Source: Elusimicrobiota bacterium (lineage in GTDB: Bacteria; Elusimicrobiota; Elusimicrobia; UBA1565; JACRDR01). Taken from it: a stretch of DNA of 64,000 nt. Within the stretch, counting starts at the first letter, position 1. The number at the start of each line of letters is the position of its first letter. Below the pieces are notes generated by a model. It had not been told where the DNA came from. It searched no databases and worked only from the letters and a program-made list of their open reading frames with translations. Shown piece by piece: positions 15,001-30,000 of the stretch. A program made the translations under genes and the position numbers. The DNA is taken from positions 64,001-128,000 of the forward strand of contig JBGFSC010000033.1 of the NCBI GenBank assembly GCA_041694815.1, given 5' to 3'.

Positions 15001-18000
15001 GTCCAGTTCTACGTCTACGCCGCGGGCCAGGACGTGGCCGGCAATCTCAACCGCTCGACGACGACGACGCTGACGAACGGCTCCGCCAACGTCAGCTTCT
15101 TCATCGACCATTTCCCGCCCGAGTCCAGGACCACGGCACCGGCCGCGGGCTACAGCCAGAATCTGGTCGCCTCCATCGCCGGGACAGCCAACGAACTCAA
15201 CCTCAGCAACGAGGCGGGATTATCGGGCACGACGGCGGTGGGCCTGCGCGTTTCGGCTACGGACGGCAACGGAACCATCCGCTATTGGGACGGCATAGAC
15301 TGGTCGCTGACGGATCAAGGCTTCAATGTCCCGATCGACGCGGGCTACAGCGGCGGCACCCCCGGGGGCACCCAGATGTCGTGGAGCCACAACGCGACGT
15401 ATCTGCCCGTATCCCAGTTCCGGGAAGGCCTGAGCTATAGGATCTCCTCGAGGGCCCGCGACCTGAGCCTGCCGCCCAACTATGAGGGGACGAGCATCAC
15501 CACGATCACATTCCTCATCGACCGCTCAACGCCGACGGCGGCCTTCCTCGTGCCGATTTCGACCAACATCGGGCAGCCGGTCTACATCAGCACCAGCAAT
15601 TTCAGCCTGTCCTCGGGTACGCTGGCCGACCCGAACTTCACGCTCGGCGCCCCCTTCAACGCCCCGAGCGTGCCCTCGGGCATCTCGGCTGTCGACTTCC
15701 AGATCGAGGATGTCTCGGCGTCGATCCCCGACTGCACCGGGGCCTGCAAATGGTGGAACCCGAATACGCCGGGCTGGCAATCTACCGAGTTCAGCTCTTC
15801 GGCGGCGCTATACCAGAGCTCCTGGACCTTCGCCTCCATGCCGGACTGGACCCGCGGTTTCAGCAACGCCGATGGGCGGCAATACGCGCTGCGCACCCGC
15901 GCGCGCGACCGCGCGGGCAACCAGGGGGCCTTCCCCAACACGCTGACTTCCGTGGTCAAGGTGGTATTCGATCCCACGCGGCCGGCCTCCGGCATTACGA
16001 GCCCGGCCGACGGCTCGATCGCCAATAGTCTCGATTCGATCAGCGGTACGAGCTCCGATCCGCTGGTCAACGGCAGTTCTTCCGGGGTCAAGGCGGCACA
16101 CCTCAGCATCCAGAGCGATCCGGCCAACACGCAGAATCCGGGCCTGTTCTGGAACTCCGCGGGCAATAATTGGGTCAGCGCTCGGGTATGGAACGCGACG
16201 ACGTTGAGCGGTACGAATTGGACTTATACTTCCGCCGCCCTGACCTCCAATCTCAAGGTTGACGATTTCTATATCCTCATCTCCAGCGTCGTCGATAACG
16301 CCGGCAACCAGCAGAATTCCTTGCCGGTCTCCGGGTCGCCGGGATATAGCCGCGTGCGCTACCAGCCCCCGCCCGCCGCGACCACCGTTTCCGTCCCGCA
16401 GAGCCTAGGCTATTACAACAAATTGAGCCTGTTTCAAGGCACGGCCAACGGGAATACGGTCAAAAATGAGCTGCAGCTTATCCGCAAGGACACCGGCCGC
16501 TGCTGGGGAGACAGCCTGGGCTGGGTCGACTGCGCGGTCGACGTGGCTACGGCCACCCGGGTCGTATTCCCGTCGGGCGGCAATTGGAGTTATCCGCCCG
16601 GCGTCGAGAGCATGCCCAACTGGGCCGCGCTCAATAACTCGAGCTTCACCTTCCGGGAGCGGGGGCTCAACAGCGCCGGGATTCCCGAGGCATGGCAGCA
16701 GGTGGAATTCTTCATCGATATGTCCTCGCCCGTGTCCTCGGTGGCTTTACCGGCCAACAATTCCTTCGTCAACGGCAACCCGGTATTGGGCGGCTCTGTC
16801 TCCGACCCCGTCCTCAACGGGGTCGCGGCAGGCATCCTCAACCCCAACGGCGTCAAGCTCCGCCTCAAGCGCACCGACAACAACTACTACTGGGACGCCG
16901 CGGTCAGCACCTGGGTGGCTCCCGTCACCGCCTCGACGGCCGCCTACTGGATCGCGGGGGCCTCATGGACCTTCGCCTCGAGCAGCCCGACGTTGACCTG
17001 GATGAACGGGTTGAGCTATACGCTCGACGTCTTCGGCGTCGACAAGGCGATCGGGGGCGCGCAGGGCAATACCGAGGTCCCGGCACCGGCCATCTCGTTT
17101 ACCTACGACGTCGTGCCGCCGCAGGTCGGCGTCGCGCGTCCGGGCGCTGTCAAGGAGCGCGACCTGGCGGTGCTGACCGGCACGGCCTCCGACGCCGCGC
17201 CGGGGCTCTTGCAGCGGGTGCAGGTGCGGGTGCAGCAGCAGAACGGCTCGGCCTACTGGCACCCGACGGACCATACCTTCACCGAGCCGAACGGGGAATT
17301 GGCGTGGTTTACCGCCACCTCCAGCAACAGCTGGGCGGATTGGCATGTTTCTTCGAGCAGCATTCTGACCTTCGTCGACGGGTCCACCTACACGATCATC
17401 GCGCGCTCGCAGGATCGCGCAGGCAATTACGCCGCCGTCTACGACAGCAACACCGTGGTCTACGACAGCCTGCCTCCGATTTCCGGCATACTGACCCCGG
17501 CCAACAACTCCTTCGTCAATACCCTGCCGAAGATCGAAGGCACCGTCTCGGATTATCCCGCCGTCAATCCGGGGCTTATTCAGGTGATGAAGGTACGGCT
17601 CCGGCGCCTTTCCGACGGCACCTATTGGAACGGCAGCGACTTCATCGTCGCCATCTCCACCCTGAGCTCAGCCTCGGCGCAGGTCTCGATCTGGCCCTCC
17701 AGCTGGTCGGTGGTGACATCTTGGATCCCGACCGCCGCGAAGCTGAACTCGGGAACCTCCTACTACATCAGCTCCGCCGGCACCGACGACTCCGGCGACG
17801 GTAATATCGAGGCCTGGGGCAACCCGCAGTCTTCCATCTTTACCTACGGCAACTCCCCCGCGACGACGACGATCTCGGTGCCGGTCTCCGGCAGAATCTA
17901 TGGCGCATTGACGAGCTTCTCGGGTGCTGGCTTCAGCGACGTGGGGCTTTCCACCGTCACCTTGATGCTCAAGGATAACACCAACGGCAAATGCTACTCG

Positions 18001-21000
18001 GAGATCACGAGCACCTTTACGGCGGTCTGCCCCAGCGTCTTCTCGGCCCAGGGCTCGACATCCGCGTGGACCTATCTCTTGAACTCGCCGCCGTGGAGCC
18101 ACGCGCACAGCTATGTACTGTCCTCCTCGGCCACCGATCGCGCCGGCAACACGCAATTGGCCCTGAGCTCCGCGCCGTTTACCTTCGACCTCAGGGCCGC
18201 AACCGCCGCGATCACCCAGCCCTCCGGGCAGTACCTCAACCTCGCGCAGTCGTCGATGCTGCAAGGCACGGCCACCGACTCGCCGGCCGGAGTCGCCGAG
18301 TTCAGGATCGCGCTGTCCTCCGCCAACGGCGCTCTGGGCTCCTGGTACAATGGGGTGAGCTTCAACGGGGACTCGGCGGCATCGACGTACCAATCCGCCA
18401 GCCTCTACACCCCGGGCTCACCCGACAATTGGCAGCGCACGCTCTCCGGAATGACCGACGGCGGAAGCTATCTCGTCAACGTCCGGCTGCGCGACGGAGC
18501 CACCCCGTACAACCAAAGCATCACCACCTTTACCTTCGTCTACGACGTCACGCCGCCCACGGCCACGATCACCAGTCCCCCGCACGATTCCTACCAGAAG
18601 CTGGGATTTACGACGATCGCCGGCGGCTCCGCCGATCCGGTCGGCCCCGGAGGCTCGGCCTCCAATGTCTCGACGATTTCCGTCTCGATACAGCAGATGG
18701 GTGGGAACTGCTACGTCATGGGCGGCGGATTTACGGCCGGCTGCCCGAACTGGATCGCCGCCTCCGGAAGCCCCGGGAGCTGGACCTTCACGCCGAACCC
18801 GACGCCCTTTTCCGACGGGGTCCGCTATATCGTGAACGCGCGGGCGACCGACAATGCCGGCAACCCGCAGACCGCCTTCGCGGTAGGGACTAGCTCCAAC
18901 ACCTTCACCTATGATCTGGCGATTCCCGTGGTCGGCTTCACCGTTCCTGGAACCTCCGGCCGGGAGAAGGATTTCAGCATATTCCGGGGAACGGCCTCGG
19001 TCGCCTCTCCGGCCGTGCTTGCGGCGGCCCAATTCCGGGTCCTCAGGCTCAGCGGGGTGCAGCAATACATGGACCCGGGCAACCCTCCGAGCTACGGCTT
19101 CAACTTGGACCCCGGCACCCAATCGGAAATTGCCTGGTTCAACGCGCAATCGACCTCGTCGGTGAAGTGGACCGAATGGTTCCTGTCGAGCGGCAGCTCC
19201 TTCGCCAGCGGGCAGACCTACCGCTTCGAAACCCGGGCGCAGACTTCCGCCGGCAATTACTCGAACAACTACTCGAGCGTCACGGTGGTTTATGACACCG
19301 ATCCGCCATTCACCAACGTGCAGACCCCGGTGCATCTGAGCACCGTCTCCTCGCTGGGCTTCATCTGGGGCACGGCCTACGACCAGCCGGTCAATCCGCT
19401 GAGCTCGGGCACGATCTCGACCATGCGTGTGTACCTGCGCCGCGCCTCCGATGGAGCCTATTGGGACGGAGGGGCCTGGAACGGCAATCCGTCCATCCTT
19501 TCCGCGGCGCATCAGGTCAAGATTTGGCGCTCGAGTTGGACGATGGGCGCGAACCTGCCGAACAATTCGCAGCTCGTCTCGGGTGCTTCGTACTACATTA
19601 CGACCTCGGGCATCGACAACGCCCTGCCCGGAGGCAACACCGAGAACTTCTTCCAGCCGCCGAAATCCTCGACCTTTACGGTAGACTTGGATGTTCCCGG
19701 CTCCAGCGTCACCTCGATCACCAACGGCCAGGTGTTGAGCTCGCTGTCTTCGATCTCCGGGACGGCCGAGGACCTGCTGGCCGGCATCTCGGGCGCGAGC
19801 CAGATCGCGGTCAAAATGGAGGAAATCTCTCCCAACAACGGCTGCTGGAACGGCGCCATTGTCGGCGGGACCTTTACCGCGGCCAGCTGTCCCGCGGCCT
19901 TCTACGCGATTACAAGCGGCGACATCGGCGGGACCTACTCGCCGGTCTCGAAGTTCTGGAGCATGAGCGCGCCGCCATTGGCCAACCAGATGACCTACCG
20001 CATCTCGGTGCGGGCCACCGACAACGCCACGCCCACGGGAAACACACCATCCGGAGCGGCTATCTCCTCGATCACCTTCACCTACAACACCAGCCTGCCG
20101 CAGACCGGCGTCTCCTTCCCGCCCACATTGCCGGCGGCCGGCGGGAACCTGAGCGCCGCCTTCACGATCACGGGCACGGCCTCCGATCCCTTCGGCGTGG
20201 TGGCCGCCTCCTTCAGTATCCAGGAGGTCGACACCTCGATGTATTATGACGCAGCCACCTCGACTTTCTCCTCCGTCGCCCAGAAATGGCTGGCGGTCGG
20301 CGCCTTGGGCGGCACGAACCCCAATCGGAGCTTCAGCGTCGCGGCCCCGGCGATCGCCGCTACTTCCGGGCGCAACTACAATATCCAGTCCAAGGCGATC
20401 AACACGGCGGGCACCGAGGGCACCGGCGCCATCGTCTCGATCAAGTACGACACCACCAAGCCGGCGGCCACGGCTGCGACCCCGCCCAACGGCGGCTATA
20501 TCAATTTCTTGAGCTCCGTCACCGGCTCTTCCTCCGACCCCGGCGCGCTCAACTCCGGCGTGGCCGGCAATCAGGTGCAGATCCAGCGCGACGACGGCAG
20601 CTGCTGGAGCGGCGCGGTCTGGGGGGCCTGTGGGACAACCTGGCTGACGGCCAACGCCGGAACGCCCGCCGCCTGGCGATTGACGACCCAATTGCCGCCT
20701 TCCAACAACCAGAACAGCGGCCTCGAGGACGGGCGTCAGTACACCGTGAGCGCGCGGGCCTTCGACGTGGCGGGCAACACCCAGACGGCCACGACGAGCA
20801 ACTCCTTCCGCTTCGATGTTTCCTCGCCCACCTTGAGCATCCAAGTCCCCGCCAATGGGCAATGGTATAACGGGCTCGCCCAGATCTCGGGCCAGTCCCA
20901 GGATAACTTCAATATCCGTTTCCCCGAGGTGCGCATTTACGACATCGCGCTGGGCAAATACTGGAAAGACGGGACCGGCTGGGTCGATTCGGGTTTCGGC

Positions 21001-24000
21001 TATCCGGAGATATGGAACCTCTCCATCGATTCGACGAGCACCAACGGCGTGCTCAATTGGCGCTACGACGCTTCGGCCATCGGCTGGTTCAACGGAGCCA
21101 ACCGCTTCCGCGTCGACGTGAAGTCCTTCGACGCGGCGGGCAATTTCACCCTGGCGCAGTCGACCTTCAGCTACAATGTCCTTCCGCCGTACGCCAGCAT
21201 CAGCTATCCGCAGCCGGGGCTGACCTTCTCGTCGATGACGGCCCTCTCGGGCATCTCCACGGGCACCGTAGCCGACATCCAGAGCGTCGGCATCAAGATA
21301 TCCTATTTCAGCGGCGGAACGACCTATTACTACACGGCCGGCGTGCCGCACTGGAACACGACCGATCCGGGGTATTTGGCCATCACCGGCTCGGGCGGGC
21401 CTCCGGCCACCAACAATCCCTGGAGTTACACGAACCCCCAGGCGGTGGACTTCAATAATCCCACCAGCGGCAATTACGCCTGGAGGCAGGGCACGCACAA
21501 CGGCTCCAACGGGCATCTCTTCACGATCTCGGTGCGTGCCACCGACGTCTCGGGGCTCTCGCAGGTCGGCGTGACGACGACGAGCTTCCGCTTCGACAAC
21601 GTGCCGCCCACGACGATGCCGATACAGCCGAGCACCAACTCGGCCTTCACGATCAATGCCCTAAACGTCATCAAGGGCACCACTTTCGACGATGTCGCGG
21701 GAGTGCAGTCGGCCGCGGTGTCGATCTTGGGGCAGGATGAGCCGGGCGGGGCCAAATACTTCGACGGCACGGGCTTCAACTCGGCGGGGCAGCTCTGGCT
21801 GGCGATCACTCCGGCCAACCTCTACCCCTCGTCCTTCAGCTACAGCAACGCCAGCCTCAATTGGATCGACGGGCGCCATTACGTCGTCAGCTCCACTGCC
21901 ACCGACAAGATCGGCAATATACAGTCGGCGGTGGCCTCCGCGCGCGTGCTCATCGACACGACGCCGGCCGTCTCCTCCGTGCTCAACCCCGGCAACGCGG
22001 TCACCAGGCCCAACACGCTAATTCTCTCGGGTAACTCGTCGGATCCCGGCTTCTCCTCGGGCCAGGCCACCGACATCGAGGGCACGGGCTCGGGCGTGGT
22101 GCCGCGCTTCCCTTGGGCGGCGGGAAAGGTCGAGCTGTTGGTGTTTCGAGACACCGGCACGGCGCTTTCGGGTCCCGGGCCGGTCAATTTTGGCGGCTGG
22201 GATTCCGACGGCTTCTTCTGGAACGGCTCCACCTGGGTGGCGGCCTCGGCGGGGCAGACCTGGGTGCAGGCCGCTTTCAACGGCGACACCGGGGCCTGGG
22301 AGTACAACGGCCTCGTCTGCGTCTCGACGAGCATCCCCTGCTGGGTCAACGGACAGCAATACGTAGCCTGGGTGCGGGCGAGCGACAACGCCGGCAATCT
22401 GCAGTCGGCCATCTCGGCCGGACCCCTGTTCTTCATCTCGGCCGACGCCAAGAGCTTTGACATGAGCGTTTCGGTCAATCCGATGAACGCCGGGGCGGAC
22501 GTGACGCTGACCGTTACGGCCAAGGACGACATCAACGGCGGCGGCGGGATCGCCCGCGGCTATCAGGGCACGGTCAATTTCTCGATCGACTCCGGCGCTG
22601 GGCCGGAGACGATGGACAACGACGACACCCCTGACGACAATTTCGGCCTGCCCAAGTCCTACGCCTTCACGATCGGGGCGGGAGCCGACAACGGCACCCA
22701 TAATTTCACGATCCGCCTGCGCAAGGCGGGCGCCAGGATCATCCGCGTCCAGGACTCGGTCAACTCCGGCATCTTCGGCGACGAGCCGGTCACCGTCAAT
22801 CCGATCGCCGCCGAACGGGTCCAGCTCATCGCCGACAATCCCACCGGCCAGCAGCACAGCCCCGGAAAGACCTCCTCGCCGCAGGGCCGCACGGGTAGCC
22901 CAGCGACCAAGACCGCCGGAAATAGCGTGTCCTATCTCGTGCAGGTAGTCGACCGTTACTGGAACCTGATCGTCTCCTCGGCGGCCTCGGTCACGATCTC
23001 CGACAGCGACCCTTACAACGACGCGCTCAGCCCAGACGCGACGCTGAACTTCGTAGGCTCTACGACCTTCAACCGCACCTTCGTGACCGCCTCGCCCTCG
23101 GGGCATGTAGTGCAGGCGACCGGGCAGGGGGCCTACCCCAACAACTCCAACCCGGCCACCGCGGTGCCCGTCCAAGGCAAGGTGCGCGACCGCCTGCTGG
23201 CCCTCTGGCCCGGCGAGACCCGCGAGCAGGGCAAGTACACGGCCGCGCCTTACGGCAAATCAGGGACGGTTGAGGATCTGTTGGCCGGCACCACTTTCGC
23301 CCTGCGCGTATACGCCGTCGACGAGTATTACAACACCGACCTAGGAGCCGGCGACTCGATCACCGCGAGCCTACCCACCGATCCCAACGCGGCCGCTCTC
23401 ACGCAGGCCTTCGTCTCCGGCACGACCACCTTCGCGCTCAAGCCCATCATGGCCGGCTCCGACACGGCCAAGGTCAACACCTTGGCGGCGCTCGCCAACG
23501 CGACCTATTACTTCACGCCGAATCAGGCGACGGTCTGGTGGAACCTTCCGGTGAAGCTGCAACTCATCGCCGAGGGCCAGGCCGCAGGCCCCGGCCTGGC
23601 GCCTTATGACGCCGATCCTACGACCGGCGGTCGTTCGGACCCGACCCCCGCGGTCCTGACGGCCGGCGTGACTACGCAGATTACAGTCAATCTGGTCGAT
23701 ACCTATTTCAACGTAGTCAAGGGAACGCATCCCTTCATCCCGCAGACTTCTAGCGTGACCATGCCCCTGGCACAGCTCGAATTCATCAACGACCCCTATA
23801 TCGTGCCGCGTTTCGCTCCGCTCACGCAAAAGAGCCTGGTCAAGGGCACGACCACCTTCTCCTTCATCCCGGCCAAGCGTAGCGGATCCCTCGGCTTACG
23901 CATCCGCGACACTCAGGCGACCGGCACCAGCTACAGCACCGATACGGTGAGCAATATTACCGTCAACCCCGGCGTGGCGGTGGGCTTGCAGGTATTGGTC

Positions 24001-27000
24001 TCGAGCAGTCCCGCGCCCAACACGCCCGGCGAGGTGGCCCAGGAGGGCAGCGTCGCGGGCAAGACCGGCTCGCCCGGCCCCCTGATCGCGGGAGACACCT
24101 ACTATATCGTCGTCAACGCCGTCGACGCGCTCAACAACCGCGTTAATGACGGCAGCGCGGACCGGCTCGTGAACCTGCTGTCCAATGACCCGTGGGCGAA
24201 CTGGACAGGGCCCTTGAACCTCGCGCTTGGCCAGGTGACCTTCACCGATTTCGTGCCCAGCGCCTCGACGGGGAACCTGACCGTCTCCGCCATCGACGCC
24301 TCGGCCTTCAATCCCAAGCTCTCGACCCAGACCAGCTCCAATATCACGGTCAATCCGGGCAGCCCCAAGCGCCTGCTCATCGTGATGCCGGGCGAGACGC
24401 TTCAGGGAGGAAAGACCACGCCGCCGGTGGGCGTCACCGGCAGCCCGGCCGATCAACTGGCCGGAGAGGCCTTTACCGCCAGCGTCTACGCTACGGATGA
24501 TCGCTACAACCGGGTCACCGGCGTGGCCAAGCCCTCGATCAACATCACCTCCAACGACTCGCATGCCGCGACCATCGGGAGCTATTCCATGTCCAACGGC
24601 AGCGCGGCCATCACCGGTATCACCTTGCGCACCGCCGGCGCCAGGACCTTGACGGCCACCGACGGGGGTGGCGGCGGCCCGGCTCTCAGCACCGTCGTCT
24701 CGAGCTCCTTCACCTTGACGCCGCGCCCGGCGACCCGCCTACGCGTGATCTTGCCCAGCGAGAGCCGCGACCCCGGTTCGACGACGAACGGGCGCACGGG
24801 CTCGAGCTACAGCCTGACGGCCGGTTCGACATTGACCGTTACCGTCGACTTGACCGATTCGCTCTGGAATCTGACTCCCGGTACCTCTCAAGAAATACGG
24901 CTCACCTGCGACGATCCCTTCGCCTCGATCACGCCCTCGACGGCGGTAGTGGTCAGCTCCAAGACCTTCCAGGTCAATGTCAAGCGTGCGGGGACCACCC
25001 ACGTGACGGCGCAGCTGCTCGTCGGCCCGCCGCCGGCCTGGGGACCGAATTTGGCCAGCGACACCTCGACCGACATCAACGTCTCCCCGGGAACGCCCTC
25101 GAGGCTGCTGGTGCTCTTGCCCGGAGAAAGCTTCGACCAAGGCTCACCCACCGGTAAGGTCAACACCCCGTCGGCGCAGACCGCCGGCACGCAGTTCAAC
25201 GTCGTGGTGGGCGTAATCGACGAATATAAGAACCTGGTGACTGGGCGCGCCGCGGACGTGCAGATCGTTCCAGGGCTCGACCCGTACGCTGCGGCAGTGG
25301 CCACCAAGGCCATCAATACCAGCGTGGGCTACACTCCCTCGATGCCGGTGACGCTCAAATACGCGACGACGGGCCAATACTTCACCGCCACGGACGTGAC
25401 GCCGCCCTCAGGTTCGGGACTGAGTTCCGACCCGCAGTCCTCTACGTTCACCGTCAACGCGGCGCTGCCCGTCGGCCTGCAGGTGCTCATGCCGGGACAG
25501 ACCGCCGTGCCCGGCAGCGGCAATTATCCCAACGGGGGCCGGACGGGCAGCGTCTCGACGCCGACGGCCGGCGTTTCCTTCAACGTGACGGTGAACCTCG
25601 TCGACCCCTACATGAACGTCTACAAGGGCGCGGGTACATTCCCCAACGTTTATCTTAATTCCGACGACGTCAACGCGGTCAACTCCTCGACGATGTCCTT
25701 GTCCAACGGCAGCGTGAACGTGCCGATGACGCTGGTGACCAAACGCAACAACACGACGATACGGGCCTACCCGCGCGACCAGGCGGCCGACAAGGTCTGC
25801 ACGGGCAACGCCAGCCCTTACATTTGTCGAAATGATTCGCCCGCGGCCGTAACGCCGGCCTTTAAGGTTTACGCCGCGACGGCTACCCAGTTCCAGGTCC
25901 TATTGCCCGGTGAGACCCCGGTGCCGGGACAATGCAACGTGCAGCCCAGCGTGGTCTGTCGAACACTCACGGGCTCGCAGCGGCCCGGAAAGAACGGCCT
26001 GCCCAACTCCCAGGTCGTTCCGACTGGATTCAACGTGACGGTCAACCTGGTTGACGATTACTTCAACTTGTGCACGAACCTGACGGGCAACGGACAGGAC
26101 ACCAATCCCCCAGTGGCGACTATGCCGATCGTCCAGGTGCGCTCGCCCTCCGACTCGGCGATGGTCTCGGTCCCCTCCGGCGGGCAGCAGCTGGAGTTCG
26201 GCACTTGGGACTTTAGCGTCACCCCCTTCGCCGCCCTTTCGACCTATACCATCGTCGCCTCGACGACGGCCTCCTCGGCCATGTCCATCTCCTCGGCGAG
26301 CTCCGCGGAGGTCTGGACGTTGCCGGGCGTCGCGCATCACTTGCACTGGGCCAATATGCCATCGGTCGTGACAGCGGGCTCGTTGTTCTCCGGAGACATC
26401 ATCGCGCATGACCAGTTCCATAACCGGCTCTCCACCGGCCCCAACGTCTATAAGGACACGGTTACGGTGACGGGGCCGAACAACCCAGCGCCGCAGAACA
26501 TTAACCCGATCACCGTCCTCTTCGGTACGGGGGACCAGGGCCTGCGCACGATCAATAATCTGACACTCAAGAAGGCGGGTACGAACCAATCCCTGGTCGG
26601 CACGCAGAACACCAACAACCTCATCCACACCGCGGTCGCGAGTTTCTCGGACCCGATCCCGGCGATCACGGTCAACGCCGGCCCCGCCTCGGCGATTACC
26701 GTCGATCCCCCGGCCAACCAGGTGGTCAACGTGCGCGCGGGCTCGTTTAGCTCGCCGGGATTTAAGACCTTCACGGCGCAGATCTCCGACAGTTTCGGCA
26801 ATGCCGTTCAGGCGGCCACCACGGCGTACCTGCAGCTTGTCAGCGTCGTGGGAACGCCGGGAACGATCAGGTATTCCAGCAATACCTGGATCAACATGGG
26901 AGTATCGACCACCGTCGTCTCCGACAACAAGGGGCGCATCGGTAAGAACACCGACTCCGACAATACGAATATGCCCTTGGCCCTGTTCGTTTCGCCGACG

Positions 27001-30000
27001 GTGCCCGACTCGACGAGGATCTGGATCGGAACCATGACATTCCCGGGCGGCGACCTGACCCCCTACATCAATACCCGTATCAATATCTCGGGGACCTTCG
27101 CGACCATCGGCGGCGACCCCAGGACCCTCGTGTTCGTTTCGAGCCCGACCTCACCGGTGCTCGTCGACGAGGTGCCCGCCTCCGGCGCCGACTTCATCAT
27201 CGAGCGCCGAGACGATTTCGGCAACGCCACCGACAGCGGGCAGACCGATGTTACCTTGAACCTGCCCGCGGCCCAGGTACAGGCACACACAGCGGCGGGA
27301 TTTACCGCGGGCGTCTCCTTCACGATCCAGGGCGATTACGGCTTCATGGATACCGGCAACAACTATATCCCGAGCCTTTCCTTCCTGGAGGGCATCAAGC
27401 AGGTGAGTTTCCGCTACCGCGACAAGATGTCCTCGTACGCGGGGCCGAGCGTCTCCTCGAACACCGGCTTCGGCGGACGTCCCGGCGCCTGGACGCTCGA
27501 GATCGTGCCGACCTCCATCGGCGTATCATCGATCAGCTTCAATCTGCAGATGGAGCCAAAGGATCCCTTCCAACTGGGCTTCGGCAATCCCAAGCGCACG
27601 CTGCAGGCTGGCAAACCGAGAGACGCCGGCAACAAGCTGCACTCCTTCCAGGCGCAGATCCATGACCGTTTCAGGAACCCGCGCGTGCCGGTCACCCCGA
27701 TCAACGTGTTCGTGTCCACCGTGACGCGCACGCCCTCGAAGTTCGCCGACTCCTTCTCCTTCTCCCTCTCGAGCACGCTGGCGGCCGGCTCTCCCCCGGC
27801 CTTCGCGGCCTCCACCGACACCTTGAGCTTCCCGTTGGACCGCTACGAGACCACGTTCTATTACCTCGACACGATGGCCAGCTCCTCCTACCCTCCGGGA
27901 CAGACGGCCCCCGTAATCGGGCTCTGGGACAAGGCCACGGTGCTATTTTCCACCTCCCAGGCCGTCAACATCACCCCCGAGGTAATCCAGGCGATCCGCG
28001 TGCGTCCCTCGACAAGCACGGCGTTGCTGGCCGGGACCACCTCGGAGATGATGGTCTTCGAATTGCAGGACCAGTTCGGCAACCCATCCGCGTTGCAATC
28101 GGGCCAGGAAGATCTCGGTCCCTCGCCGTGCCCGTTCCCGTGCGTGGAGTTCCAGCTGACCTCGGATTCCAACGGCAAGAAGCAGTTCTCGAGCCCGAAC
28201 GTCGGCGCCTTCAAGAACTCCACCGGTACGGCCTACATGGCCATCGGGCAGGCCGCGACGACCTTCTACCTCATCGACGACATGGTCTCGCCGACCACCT
28301 GGACCCTCACCGTAGAGACGGTGCGCAGCCACGGCTGGACGAAGGGCATCTCCACCTATACCGTCAAGCCCGGTCCTCCGGTCCTGGCGCTGTTTACGAC
28401 CCCGCAGCGCTACCTCATCGCGGGCACCACGGTCCAGTTGAGCACGGCGACGCAGCAGCCGATCCCGACCCCGATCACGCTGCGTCTCGTCGACGCCTTC
28501 GGCAATGTCACCTCCTCGAGCTGGGCCGCCCATACGGCGAACTTCTACTCGAACTTCACGGGCTCGACTCGCGGCGGCATCGACCCGACGCAGACGGTGG
28601 TCGACGGGGCCAACTGGCCCTTGATCGCGGCGAGCTCCTTGCCGGTGACGATTCCGGCCAACAGCAATTCGGCCACGGTGTATGTCTGGGACACCGTGGT
28701 CTCGACCCTGCCGCTGATGGCCTCGGTGATCCGTCAGGACGGCTACGCCCTGCCCCTCTCAAGCCAGAGCGTGTTCATCACGCCGGCGAAGGCCGACTAC
28801 ATCACCATCTACCATCCCTTCCCGGTGACGGCGCCCTTGAAGGTCAATACCCCCGGGATCCTGACCCGCAACGTGGGCGGCAAGAACCTGGGCGTCGTGA
28901 TGCGCGACCGCTACGGCAATATCGCCTCGGGGCATCCGATCAACAAGCAGCATTTCAGCGGTGCCGTGGTCTTCAGCACGAACCGCTCCACCAAGACGGT
29001 GAGCCTCGTCGACACGACGAACAGCACCACCACGCCGCGGATGTACGTGTTCAACGGCGAGTCCGACGCGACGCCCGGCATCTACAATGGACTGCAGATC
29101 CAAGACAGCATGGTCTCGGAACTTCAGGTTTTCGCGACCGCCTACGCCAACGCGGCGATCTGGGGCCGCACCAATGACGCCAGCCGCTCCTTCAACAACT
29201 CGCCCCCGCCGCCCTCCTCCGCCTTCTCGGACGGCAATGTCTTCACCGCCGGCCTCGTGGTCACGCCGACGGACATGGCCCCAGAACAGGACCCGGCCAC
29301 GGGCCTGGTGGTGGCGCATAAGCAGTCGTTCCAGAGCCGCGCGGTGTTGCGCCAGGGTGACGGCACGACCTCGAACTCGCCCGATCCGGTCCAGATGCTA
29401 CGGCTGTCCTTCAATATCCTGCCGTCGACGCCGACACTAAACGCCAAGCTTTCCGCCATCCGGGTGCTCAAGACGGGGTTCTTGGCCACCGATAAGGTCC
29501 CGGAGGTGGCGCTCTATTATGACGAGAACCATGACGGCCTCTTCCAGTCGGGCTCCGACGTGCGCATCGCCACGGCCGCCTTCGACGGTTCGGGCTGGCG
29601 CTTCGGCGATCCCAGCTACAATCTGACCCCGCTCAACGTGGCCGATCCGGGACGCACCTTCGTCGCCGGGGTCAATACCGAGGCGATGAATTTCTTCCTG
29701 ACCGTGCGCATTTCGTCCGCCGGTTACGGGGCGACGGAGCTGCCGAGCTCCTTGGGCATGAGCATCCCCTCGCCTTCCTACGTCACGCTGACGGGCGACA
29801 GCCTCACGGGAGTGGCGGAAAACAACTTCTCCATATTGACCGCGACGTCGGTGGTGCAGCGCGCCCCGGCGCAGATCTATGTCAAGGGCACCGATATCAA
29901 CGCCTGGTGGTCGCCTCCCTCCTTGAGCCTGTCGAGCTATAATTACGTCGACCAGGGCGCTTCGTTCGTGGGCGTGCTCAAGCTTCAGATGTGGACACCG

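Noticed and set aside
18418..21516. Long antisense ORFs over the giant gene (also 3667-5178, 8008-10056, 11068-13146)
   Set aside because: Shadow ORFs from high GC3 codon bias; Arg/Gly/Ala-rich with no recognisable motifs.
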